Positions 50,284-60,000 of a stretch of 60,000 nucleotides of DNA are shown here, piece after piece. The first letter of the stretch is position 1, and each line of letters starts with the position of its first letter. The DNA comes from Malacoraja senta (Eukaryota): the NCBI GenBank assembly GCA_038087875.1, contig CM075988.1:13270001-13330000 (forward strand), in the 5' to 3' direction. A program made the position numbers and the translations under genes. The notes under the pieces are model-generated. The model worked only from the letters and a program-made list of their open reading frames with translations, did not search any database and was not told the origin of the DNA.

Positions 50284-50416
50284 GGAGGGAGGGGGAGGGA
50301 CTATAAAACCAGGAAGTGGTGTGCCTCACTCAGTCTCTGCAAGATGGAGGAAGCCAGAGGGTCACGTCTCTCTGAGCTCTGAATAACACTGAACACATGT
50401 CTACTCAACTGTGAGT
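50284..50416 (+). promoter_or_regulatory. Pol II core-promoter-like module in Helitron, copy 1
   Basis: GGGAGGGGGAGGG, TATAAAA 50302-50308, CAGGAAGT, Inr TCAGTCT with A at 50332 (30 nt after TATA start), donor GTGAGT 50411-50416. Confidence 0.5.
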
Positions 50417-50444
50417 GCCCTTAATGTGGTTTGAAAATGAAAAT

Positions 50445-51827
50445 ATGGTTGGTTTGAAGTAAAAAGGCACTGCCTGCAAATGGTTGTTTGGGGGGATTTG
50501 GGTAGAAGTTAAAAGGCACTAGAGCAAATGGTGGTTTGAGTGCTTTGGCTTGAAGTTAAAAGGCACTACTGCAAATGGTGGTTTAGTAGGTATGTTACAA
50601 AACTTACCTTCAGCGGCGCTGCTGTTCTGTCACTGTCCGTGTGCGCGACTTTGGCGCCTTTGAGAGGGGGGCGGGTTTAAAATGCGATATTTCGGCAGCC
50701 TGTTCTAAACGATCTTGAACAGACTAAATAGTTGATGAAGAAAAATTGCTTTGACTGCAGTTTTATTAAGTTTATTAAAATTAGCACTTTATAATTGAAT
50801 TGTTGGAGTAAAATTAAAATCATCTTCAAATGCCGTCAACGCCGACAACGGGACGGATTTCACGCATGGGACAAGGCAACGTTTATTTTTTCATATAAAC
50901 TTGCTTCTTAGGATGCCTTTGATAAAAATTTCAAGTTGCGAAAATGTGATTATTTAAATATACCAACCGGCAGTATTTTTCCTGCCGATATTGGGGTTTA
51001 ATTCAGTGCAACTGCAGCATTCCAAACCAGCGCGTTCCACAAAATCCCACTCACAAGATGATTTAAATGGCCATTAATTTACAGGAATTAAACACTAAAT
51101 TCCTTCCATTTGGCCTATAAATTAATGACAATGAGATTTAAAAATAATGTTATATTGTGAATTCTTGTGTGAATGTTATTTGGACACTTAAGCTTTTTTT
51201 AAATGTTAACTTTTTCTTAAGAAATGGATAGATATTTAGATCTAGTAATTGAATTTTGTAATTAGCTACAATTGGGTAACTAACTAATTATATGCTTTAA
51301 TTTCAGGTCATCCAAGTAAGATTGTTTCATATTTGTTTCAGAATGCTTCAATCTATAATAACTGAAAATTTCATTAAGTTCTCTTAATTTTTAAGAAAGT
51401 TATAGGCTTTTGACTGTCCTTGATCACAGCTTTTGTGTTAAGTCAATGGAAAAGCAATAGGGAACAAGATGCTAATTTCCAAGTATGAAAATGGCCATAA
51501 CTTTTTTAATACTGAAGATATGAAAGTGAATTAGGTGTCAAATTAAACTTCTTTTTATACTTTGTCTGATGAGATAAATTGCAGACTTGATTTTTTAAAT
51601 CTCAAAATTTTGTAACATTGCTAGGTTTAGGTGCTTTGGCTTGAAGTTGAAAGGCACTACTGCAAATGGTGGTTTGGGTGCTTTGGCTTGAAGTTAAAAG
51701 GCACTACTACAAATGGTGGTTTGTGTGCTTTGGCTTGAAGTTAAAAGGCACTACTGCAAATGGTGGTTTGGGTGCTTTGGCTTGAAGTTAAAAGGCACTA
51801 CTACAAATGGTGGTTTGGGTGCTTTGG
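50445..51827. repeat. 47-bp minisatellite (about 7 copies) split by the 50587-51623 insertion
   Basis: Unit GTGCTTTGGCTTGAAGTTAAAAGGCACTACTGCAAATGGTGGTTTGG. Confidence 0.93.
50587..51623. mobile_element. 1037-bp non-autonomous TIR DNA transposon (hAT-like TAG termini, 7-bp TSD)
   Basis: TIR TAGGTATGTTACAAAA / TTTTGTAACATTGCTA (14/16); TSD GGTTTAG 50580-50586 and 51624-51630; no ORF. Confidence 0.85.
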
Positions 51828-52036
51828 GTAACTTCCTGTTTGCACTGTATATTGTTTTTAGATAAAACGCTACCACTTATGGCTGTGACTTTTGGCCATC
51901 TTACTCAGCCCCCCTCCGCTCAGCAGGTGCAGAAGATTCTTCCCATCAATGAAAAATAAAAGTGTTATTAGTGTTTAAAAAATGTTGATAATCTCTCTCC
52001 TGTCAATCAAGCCATGAAGGACACACCTTTTCCGGT

Positions 52037-52169
52037 GGGAGGGGGAGGGGTTATAAAACCCGGACATGTGGGTGTGGCTCAGTCTCTGCATGATGGGGGA
52101 GGGAGAGGTCACGAATCTGTCTGAGCTGTGAATCAACTGAACACACGGAATGTCTACTGAACTGTGAGT
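52037..52169 (+). promoter_or_regulatory. Pol II core-promoter-like module in Helitron, copy 2
   Basis: GGGAGGGGGAGGGG, TATAAAA 52052-52058, Inr TCAGTCT with A at 52081, donor GTGAGT 52164-52169. Confidence 0.5.
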
Positions 52170-52210
52170 TTGGTGTTTTGTGTGGTTTTATGGTGGTTTT
52201 ATGGTGGTTT

Positions 52211-52850
52211 CACCCTGCTTGAAATGGTATGAAACTGCATTTGAATGTGGTGGCCTTGCACCCTGCATGAAATGGTATGAAACTGCAGTTGAATGTGGTG
52301 GCGTTGCACCCTGCATGAAATGGTATGAAACTGTACTTGAATTTGGTGGCCTTGCACCCTGCTTGAAGTGGAATGAAACTGCACTTCAATTTGGCGGCCT
52401 TGCACCCTGCTTGAAGTGGTATGAAACTGCACTGAATTTGGTGGCCTTGCACCCTGCTGAAAGTATTATGAAACTGCACTTGAATTTGGTGGCCTTGGAT
52501 CCAGCTTGAAGTGGTATGAAACTGCACTTGAATTTGGTGGCCTTGCACTCTACTTGAAGTGGTATGAAACTGCACTTGAATTCGGTGGCCTTGCACCCTG
52601 CTTGAAGTGGTTGGAAACTGCACTTGAATTCGGTGGCCTTGCACCCTGCTTGAAGTGGTAGGAAACTGCACTTGAATTCGGTGGCCTTGCACCCTGCTTG
52701 AAGTGGTAGGAAAGTGCACTTGAATTTGGTGGCCTTGCACCCTGCTCGAAATGGTAAGAAACTGCACTTGAATTTGGTGGCCTTGCACCCTGCTTGAAAT
52801 GGTAGGAAAATGGATTTGAATTTGGTGGCCTTGCACCCTGCTTAAAATGG
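52211..52850. repeat. 48-bp minisatellite, about 13.3 copies
   Basis: Unit CACCCTGCTTGAAGTGGTATGAAACTGCACTTGAATTTGGTGGCCTTG. Confidence 0.97.
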
Positions 52851-53124
52851 AATTTCAAGGAATAGCCATGAGTCAACTGCCAGTCCACCAGCCGTGAGTG
52901 AGCTGCCAGCACATCAGGCTTGAGGGACTGAGCTGCCACCCCAAGAACCCATACCAGCGCTCCAGAAAGCCCCCCCACTGGCCACCAATATTGGAATTGG
53001 TGGAGAGGTGGAATATTGCGTTGGGGGACCAGCCCTCCTGTGTGAACATGGGCCTCAACGGGTCCCACTTAGTCTAGTATTTGATAAAGCCAATGGGTTA
53101 AAGTGAAGCAGCAACAGACTAAAT

Positions 53125-53399
53125 GTGTTGGAAGGAACCGCAGATGCTCGTTTAAACCGAAGATGAACACAAAATGCTGGAGTAACTCAGCAGGACAGGC
53201 AGCATCTCTGGAGAAAAGGAATGGGTGATATTTCGGGTCGAGACCTGAAGCAACATCTCTTAGTCACAGATGTTGATTTATTTTTTAAATCAGACATACT
53301 TTCAGTTGGAAGAAGGGTCTCAATCCAAAATGTCACCCATTCCTCCTCTCCAGAGGTGCTGCCTGTCCCACAGTTACTCAAGCTTTTCGTGTCAATCTT
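53125..53399. mobile_element. Fold-back Penelope-like short element with about 60-bp foreign spacer
   Basis: Inverted arms; perfect 16-bp TSD CAGCAACAGACTAAAT (53109-53124, 53400-53415). Confidence 0.92.
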
Positions 53400-53564
53400 C
53401 AGCAACAGACTAAATATGGCTCACTTACAGGTGTTTACTATTTCATCATCTACAGGTACGTGAGAAATAACTCAACGATCACTGTGATGACTGGATGTAC
53501 AGGTGACCTTTTCCAAGCAGAGTGGCATTTGTGGTTCAAAGAATAGGTTAGGATAGCAGACTGA

Positions 53565-53692
53565 TTCATGTTCATAAGTTATTGTGAGCAGAATTAGGCC
53601 ATTCAGCCCATCAAGTCCACTCCACCATTTAATCATAACTGATCTATCTTTCCCTCTCAACCCCATTCCCTTGCCTTCTCCCCATGACCCCT
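53565..53692 (-). mobile_element. CR1 3' tail
   Basis: GAGCAGAATTAGGCCATTCAGCCCATCAAGTC...TGCCTTCTCCCC. Confidence 0.85.
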
Positions 53693-54177
53693 AGCACACA
53701 GAATTCAAACTTCATTAATGGATAACATTCAGAAAATAAATTCAATATTGCATGAAATGTGTGTTAAGACAGCATTGCATCAGTTTGATCCAGGGCTGCC
53801 AGGTTTGTGAGTTTTATGCGTACAGATTAAAATGTTGTGCCAGAAACTACACCCATGTTTCAACGACCCTAGAAAAACTTGACTTGCACTAAGGTCATCA
53901 TCATCATTGTGGAGTTTCCAGATTCCTTGGCACATTTGCAGAATTTGTACACAAATTAAACAACATGTATGCTTTAAAATCCCGATCTCATTCAGCCATT
54001 GATTTACTTCAGTGGTGTATGACATGTAGGGAGATGCTAGTGTAAAACTGCAACCATGTTAAGCCACATATCAAACAGGTTTTAGAGCCACAAACTCCAG
54101 CAAATCCCTGTTAAGGGCTTTGGTGATGCTGAACTGGCAGATTTTCCAGACCATGGGATGATATTCCTATTAATATT

Positions 54178-54962
54178 CTAACATATAGAACTATACAACA
54201 CAGAAACTCTGGCCCACTCATTCACGCTGACCAATGTGCCTTCCTAAGCAACTCCCATTTGTCTGCATTGGGCCCCATGTCACTCCAAAACTAATTCTAC
54301 CTGCCTCCATCTTTTTCTCATACCCACCACTCCATATGAAACATTTGCTTCACTTTAAGTCTTTCACTGCACCCTCCAATTTTAGACTTCTCTGCCCTGT
54401 GACTACAAAAAGAACTGTGACACTCTACCTTATCCCTGCCTATCATGATTTTATCAACCCGTATAAAGTCACCACCCAGCCTCCTTCACTCCTGGGGCTA
54501 TCCCGAACCAGTTTTTGCCCTGTCAAATGCAGATATATCCTGACTCTCAGAATCCTCTCTGCGACCTTACCCTCCACTGAGGTTAGGCTCATCGGGTTAT
54601 CGTTCCTTAGTTTTTTCTTGCTGTCCTTGAACGAAGTCCTTAAAAAATGAAGGCACAACATTAGCCATATGCCATTCTTCCAGCGCCTCACCCGTGACTA
54701 CGGAAGATATGAAAATCTCTGGCAGGCCCCTCTAATTTCTTCCCTTGTTTCCCAAAATATCCTGGGATACACTTCATCAGGCAAGATGTATCCACCTTTA
54801 TGTACATCAAGACTGGCGACATATTTTTTGTAATATTGGTATGTTTCAGGGCATCATTATTCTCTTCCATGAATTCCCTAGCTTCCATCACATTCTTTGT
54901 GTTAAATACAGATGAGAAGTACTCATTTAAGACCTCACCCATCTCTTGTAGCTCCACACATA
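54178..54962 (-). mobile_element. Degraded, internally deleted CR1
   Basis: Reverse ORFs EMGEVLNEYFSSVF and PMSLTSVEGKVAERILR; tail ATAGAACTATACAACACAGAAAC. Confidence 0.8.
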
Positions 54963-55288
54963 AACAATGAGGACACACTAGAGTCAAGAGTCTTTCATTA
55001 TATTATGTCCTGAAATGGAACAATGAATTTTTTACTTGCAGCAGCCTGGTAGTCTTTAAACAGTTCCGTTTTAAAGGCCTTTGAATTATTTTGAAACAGT
55101 TAAAATTTTAGACACATGCAAATACTCCATGAAATATTCTTTAAAAAAAAGTTAAATATAAAATATAGCAATTTTACTGAAAAACATCTGAATTTCAAAA
55201 TACAAAAACAGTTCAAAAAGGAAAAACACCTGCACTTAACTTTTCTATTCAGATTGGCGATCGTCCTTCATGCGAGTGGGGGTATGAT

Positions 55289-55399
55289 CAGTGGCGGACT
55301 GGCCAGGGTGTCAGCTTGCCCGATGGCAAGTGGGCCCCTGATGAAGTGGGCCCCCTTTGTCTCCTGGCAACCAATATTTTTAGACCCAGTCCGCCACTG
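55289..55399. mobile_element. 111-bp hAT MITE (Tip100-like termini)
   Basis: Perfect 14-bp TIR CAGTGGCGGACTGG; perfect 8-bp TSD GGTATGAT (55281-55288, 55400-55407); internal AAGTGGGCCCC x2. Confidence 0.95.
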
Positions 55400-55546
55400 G
55401 GTATGATCCTCACTCTGTAGCTCAGGGTGTTTAAGAGCTGCCACTATACTCAATGGTGGGTCCAGTTGTAGAGAAGGAGGCCAGATGTACCATCATCATC
55501 TGACTCATTACTGACCTCAAGCTGGAAGCTGATCCGAGAGGAAGAA

Positions 55547-55862
55547 GCGGCACGGTGGCGCAGTGGTAGAGTTGCTGCCTTACAGCACTTGCAGCACCAG
55601 AGACCCAGGTTCAATCCCAACTACGGCTGCTGTATGTACGGAGTTTGTACGTTCTATCTGTGACTGCGTGGGTTTTCACTGAGATCTTCGGTTTCCTCTC
55701 ACACTCCAGATGTACAGGTCTGTAGGTTAATTGATTTGGTGTAAGTGTAAATTGTTCGTATTGTGTGTAGGATGGTGTGAATGTGCGGGGATCGCTGGTC
55801 GGTGCGGACTCAGTGGGCCAAAGGTCCAGTTTCCGCGCTGCATCTCTAAACTCTAAACTAAA
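55547..55862 (+). mobile_element. HE1/V-type tRNA SINE
   Basis: A-box TGGCGCAGTGG, B-box GGTTCAATCC, (CTAAA) tail. Confidence 0.93.
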
Positions 55863-55997
55863 TACTGAACTGCCAGCAAAGTGTGTATATACTTGGGTGT
55901 ATTACCCCCGAGGTTCTCCATGTAATTTATCAATTCACTTTTTCAGTTTTCTTCTTCAAAGCTCACACTGCTCACAACTCTGGGGAGGCGCAGTGGG

Positions 55998-56290
55998 GCG
56001 TGGCATGGTGGTGCAGCGATAGAGTTGCTGCCTTACAGCGCCAGAGACTCGGGTTTGAATATGACTACGGGTGCTGTCTCTACAGAATTTGCACATTCTT
56101 CCTGTGACCGTGTGGGTTTTCTTCGGGTGCTCTGGGTTTCTCCCACACTCCAAAGACATGCAGGTTTGTAGGTTAATTGGCTTCAGTAAAATTGCAAATT
56201 GTCCCTCGTGTGTATAGGGTAGTGCTCATGTATGGGGTGATCGCTGGTGGGCGTGGACTCGGTGAAGGGCCTGTTTCTTTACTATATCTC
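55998..56290 (+). mobile_element. HE1/V-type tRNA SINE
   Basis: GGTGGTGCAGCGATAGAGTTGCTGCCTTACAGCGCCAGAGAC...GAAGGGCCTGTTTC. Confidence 0.9.
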
Positions 56291-56489
56291 TGGGGAAAAA
56301 AGCCTACTACACTTAAATCTATTTTCTTTCATCAGGTTAAAAGTTTAGTTCATCATCTTGATTTGCAGAGAATGTACACTCAAGTAAAAATAATAGCTGC
56401 TTATATATTTGTTGCTATTTTAAGTACTGGTATATTTAAAGATTTTATGAGACTGCCAGATCAAAATTAAGTATATAAAGGACAAAGTA

Positions 56490-57305
56490 TAAAGTTACCT
56501 TTATTGTCATTCAAACATAGTTTGAACGAAATGCATACCTTGCAGTCATGACAGAAGATAAAATAAAATAACAGAACACACAATGAACACAGTTTAACAT
56601 CCACCACAGCGAGTCCACCAGGCACCTCCTCACTGTGATGGAAGGCTAAAGTCTTAAAGTCCTTGTCTCTTCCTTCCTTGTTCTCCCTCTGCATTGAGGC
56701 GATCCAGGCTTTCGATGTTGGTCCCCCCGCCAGGTGATGGTAAGTCCCGCGGCCGAATCCGAGCTCCGCAAACGGGCCGATTCGAACTCCGCGACCCGGG
56801 GCGGTCGAAGCTGCCACCCTCCAGTCCAGTGGACGAAGCTGTTGTTGCGGGAGCTCCGGAGACTCGGTCAACAACCTGGGACCTGCGAGCTCCCTGCGAG
56901 CTCCCGATGTTGTTGTCCACTGGGCCCGCGGCCGAAGCCTCCGAGGCTCCGAAGTCGGGTCGCCGCCACCACAGCGCCATCACAGCCCCGAAGTCAGCCA
57001 GCTTCGCAATGGTAAGTCCTGGTTCTGCCTCCGGAGCCTCGAGGTCGGTCCCAATTGGAGGCCACCAGCTCCGCGATTAGGCCTCAGAGCAGACGGAGAT
57101 GGGGACGGGGATACAACAAAGAAAAGGTCGCATCCCCCGAAGGAAGAGACTAAAACAAGTTTCCCCCACGCCCCACCCCCCACGCTTAAACAACTAAAAA
57201 TAAACTAAAACATACATCCAACAGGACAAAAGAGAACAAACAACAAAAAGACAGACGGACGGACTGCAGGCTAGCCGCAGCTGCATGGCAGCGCCGCCAT
57301 TTCCG
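56490..57305 (-). mobile_element. About 810-bp CpG-rich non-coding retroelement (probable LINE 5'UTR fused to 3' tail)
   Basis: Minus strand starts GGAAATGGCGGCGCTGCC (YY1-like) and ends TGACAATAAAG like Rex/L2 tails; sharp GC/CpG contrast with flanks; no TSD found. Confidence 0.65.
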
Positions 57306-57337
57306 GAATTGTCGGAATTTTGGAAAGATTGCAACAA

Positions 57338-58060
57338 TTGTGCCACTATACCATAGATGCAGATTCAATCCTGTCCTTGGGGGCTGTCTGTGTGAAGTTT
57401 GCATGTTCTCCCTGTGACTGCGTGGGTTTCCTGTGGCTGCTCTGGTTTCCTTCCACATATTAAAGACGAGTGGGTTAGTTGGTTTATTGGCCACTATAAA
57501 TTTCCTGTGGTGTATGTGAGCGATAACATTTTGCTCAAGTTGATGGGAGCGCGAGTGGTATAAAATGGAAATAATACAGGATTTTGCATGTCAGTTTAGT
57601 TTAGAAATATAATTTGTGTCCACGACAACCATCGATCACCAGTGTACTAATTCTATGTCCCACCCACTAGGGGTAATTTTTCAGAAGCCAATTAACCTAC
57701 AAGCCTGCACATCTTTGGAATGTGGGAGGAAACCAGAGCACCCAGAGAAAACCCAGGCAGTTACAGGGAGAACATACAAACTCCACACAGACAACACCCA
57801 TAGTCAATATCAAAACTGGGTCTGTGGTGCTGTGAGGCAGCATCTCTACCTCTGCGCCACTGTGCCATCCCGAAAAAAAACAAATTTCTCTTACTTCCTT
57901 TTAGGGAAACCACTGGGAAAACATGCAAACTCCAAACAGAGAGCACCCGAGGTCAGGATCGAACCGATCTCTGGGGCTGTAAGGCAGCATTAAATGGGTG
58001 TTAAATGGTTAGCGCCGACAGTTCATCGAGGGGCTTGTTTTCTGTGCTGTATGTCCCTTT
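57338..58060. mobile_element. Older + strand SINE interrupted by minus-strand SINEs (57592-57866, 57905-57990)
   Basis: GATTCAATCCTG...GCGTGGGTTTCC | reversed SINEs | TAAATGGGTG...TTGTTTTCTGTGCTGTATG. Confidence 0.75.
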
Positions 58061-59584
58061 CATTCTATAAATCACGAGGTGCGCTACCTTTTTGTTTTCT
58101 TCAGAGTTGGGGTGAGCCTCAAAACTCTTTACAGATTACCAATAAATGGTTTACTCACCTAAAAGAAACTGGAAGCATCTCTCACAATTGTTTTCCACAT
58201 TGTTATGGCAACAATAATCGTCGATAAAAAGCAAGCTCAGTTCAATCAGTTTAAGTTATAAGACTGCGAACCAAAAGAAGAAATAAAAATTGTGTAAGGT
58301 GAGCCTTTTTAAGAGGGGGGGTAATGGGAAATTTGAAAGCTGCGGTGTTAATGCACTGCCCTGTGGTGGAAGACAATGGAACACAAGTGGGTGGTTCTTT
58401 TTCTGCAAAACATTAGGCAAAGCAATCACACCCGAGGAGCAGTGAGAGATGCTTCCCATCATTTTTTTGCAGTTAATGACTCCAGGACATGTTTCAGGAC
58501 CAGATGAGTGGAATGTTGATCCATTTCTTACAGGCATTGACAATAAGAATCTCGGCCTCTCTCAAAAACAAAATAAAAAGGCTATATTTTATCGTCTTTA
58601 AAGCACTGGCACTGACAAGAATTTCAATTATTTAATTACGAGGCAAATGAAAGGACTTAAGTGTTGCAATTGCAGTCGCTATTGCACAGCGCAATCTAAT
58701 GTGTGCTCAAATTGGAAATGATGCAAAGTATGGAGAAAATTAAAGAGGCTTCTACTTAAATTGTGGGATCACAAATGATGAATTAGTTTCTTGATATATT
58801 CATTTAAGTATTTAAGTGGAAGGTTTTATTCCTAATGTAGTAGAAAGACATGGCAGAAAGTCTTGTCTGCAAGCCCTTTCCATTAGTTCTGCAGGGGGAA
58901 TATTGAAATTGTTTCCTTTTCTCCATATCAGCACTAAATTAATGTTACAAGAACTGGGTCACATCGAACTCTGTTAGCAAAGCAGACGTAATTGAAAATG
59001 CATTTTCCACTGTTAAAGCATACAAAAACTCAGAAGTGACAATCTTAGAGCACTGGCTCACGAATAAAGTAGTGGCTTTCTTGTGTGAAATATTTACAAA
59101 AAGCTTAAACATGTACACACTTGTTAAAGATTAAATTGTTTTCTCTCAATGATAAATTATAATGACCTGGCTATGGTATTGGCGTATCACTTTATCTATT
59201 CAAATCGTAATTTAAAATAATATTCTCCAATCTGGCCACAGCGCAGACTTTGGAGAGCCCAAAAGAAGACTGAAGCGACTGCATTGCTAATCAGCTCAGT
59301 TTTGTCATCACTTCGGCTCAATTCTTAATCATACCTTTTCTTTCATTAACGTTGTTCTCCATAGTCTACAGCAGTTCAGACATTGTCAGTGCAGGTTTCA
59401 CAGTGGGTCACGTCCCCCCTTCGCAATAAGCAGTGTCCTGATCTGAACGCTGATTTCACCAACTCAACCCTCCTTCTTCCCACCAATACACACTTTCTTG
59501 ACTCTCGTTTCAAAGATCTTTCTTCAGCATAAAGTGCAAGTTTTCCTTACAGAAACAGGGAACGGCTTCTGATATCTGAGGGAA

Positions 59585-60000
59585 GGAATGACATCTGTGC
59601 TGTTCTCATTCTTTAGGGAACGGGGGTTCCACTCTCCCATCATAGATGAGGCCCTCACTCGTGTCTCCTTGGTACCCCGCTGTTTTGCCCTTGCCACCCC
59701 TTGTCACAACAGAGACAGAGTCCCTCTGGTCCTTATCTTCCACCCCATCACCTGTTGCATACAACACATAATCCTCCGAAATTTCCACCACCTCCAACGG
59801 GATCCCACCACTAGCCGCATTTTCCCCATCTCCACCCCTTTCCGCCTTCCGCAGATACCGTTCCCTCCGCAGCTCCCAAGTTAACTGATTCCTTCCCACC
59901 CAAAATCACCCCCACCCTAGGTACCTTCCCCTGCAACCACAGAAGATGCAACAACTGTCCCTATACCTCCTCCCTCGACTCTGTCCAGGGACCCCGACAA
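59585..60000 (+). pseudogene. Penelope-like (Neptune-type) ORF fragment: RT C-terminus and Cys linker before GIY-YIG; runs off the window
   Basis: FFRERGF...IIDEALTRV...DRVPLVLIFHP...HLQRDPTTSRIF, frameshift, then GTFPCNHRRCNNCPY (CxxxxCxxC). Confidence 0.85.

Larger units (their letters stand above)
50074..53077 (+). mobile_element. Non-autonomous Helitron, 3004 bp
   Basis: 5' TC (TCTATATTACTAAAAG), 3' CTAG, inserted between A50073 and T53078 with no TSD; GC hairpin GGGCCTC-AAC-GGGTCCC at 53050-53066, 11 nt from the end. Confidence 0.88.

Noticed and set aside
52211..52850. CRISPR-like array, or repeat-protein ORFs (52180-53068)
   Set aside because: Units are head-to-tail with no unique spacers and no cas genes, in eukaryotic DNA; the ORFs arise because the 48-bp unit is a multiple of three and lacks stops in several frames
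55547..55625. tRNA genes at SINE heads
   Set aside because: A/B boxes run directly into SINE bodies with CR1 tails; no complete cloverleaf
56467..57494. Overlapping GC-rich ORFs, also at 47356-47995
   Set aside because: Stop-codon scarcity in GC-rich repeats; no recognisable domains
1..60000. Prokaryotic or phage system, or a host protein-coding gene, among the remaining short ORFs
   Set aside because: No operon-like density or recognisable domains; many ORFs begin at non-ATG codons and lie in repeats or AT-rich non-coding DNA

Overview
Eukaryotic, repeat-rich, non-coding DNA. The repeat families (HE1/V-type tRNA SINEs with CR1 tails, HER1/CR1 LINEs, Penelope-like elements, Rex/Babar fragments) point to a cartilaginous fish, probably a skate or ray (inference). 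No host protein-coding gene can be supported: the only convincing ORFs are retrotransposon ORF2 remnants (two young CR1 copies at 29.5-32.4 kb and 45.8-47.2 kb) and a Penelope-like fragment at the right edge. Main observations: (1) a 135-bp TSD-flanked retroposon at 513-647 whose first 54 nt fold into a minimal HDV-like self-cleaving ribozyme starting exactly at the insertion boundary; (2) many Penelope-derived short elements with a hammerhead-ribozyme-like core, several as fold-back palindromes with 12-16 bp TSDs; (3) a 3.0-kb non-autonomous Helitron (50074-53077) built from two diverged modules, each with TATA-Inr-short exon-splice donor followed by a minisatellite, and interrupted by a TIR transposon with an unusual 7-bp TSD; (4) two clean hAT MITEs with 8-bp TSDs. 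Repeat-free, TAAT/TGACA-rich blocks may be conserved enhancers of a large intron or gene desert. TIR, TSD and ribozyme coordinates were counted base by base; boundaries of old repeats are approximate. Family names come from recognition, not database searches.
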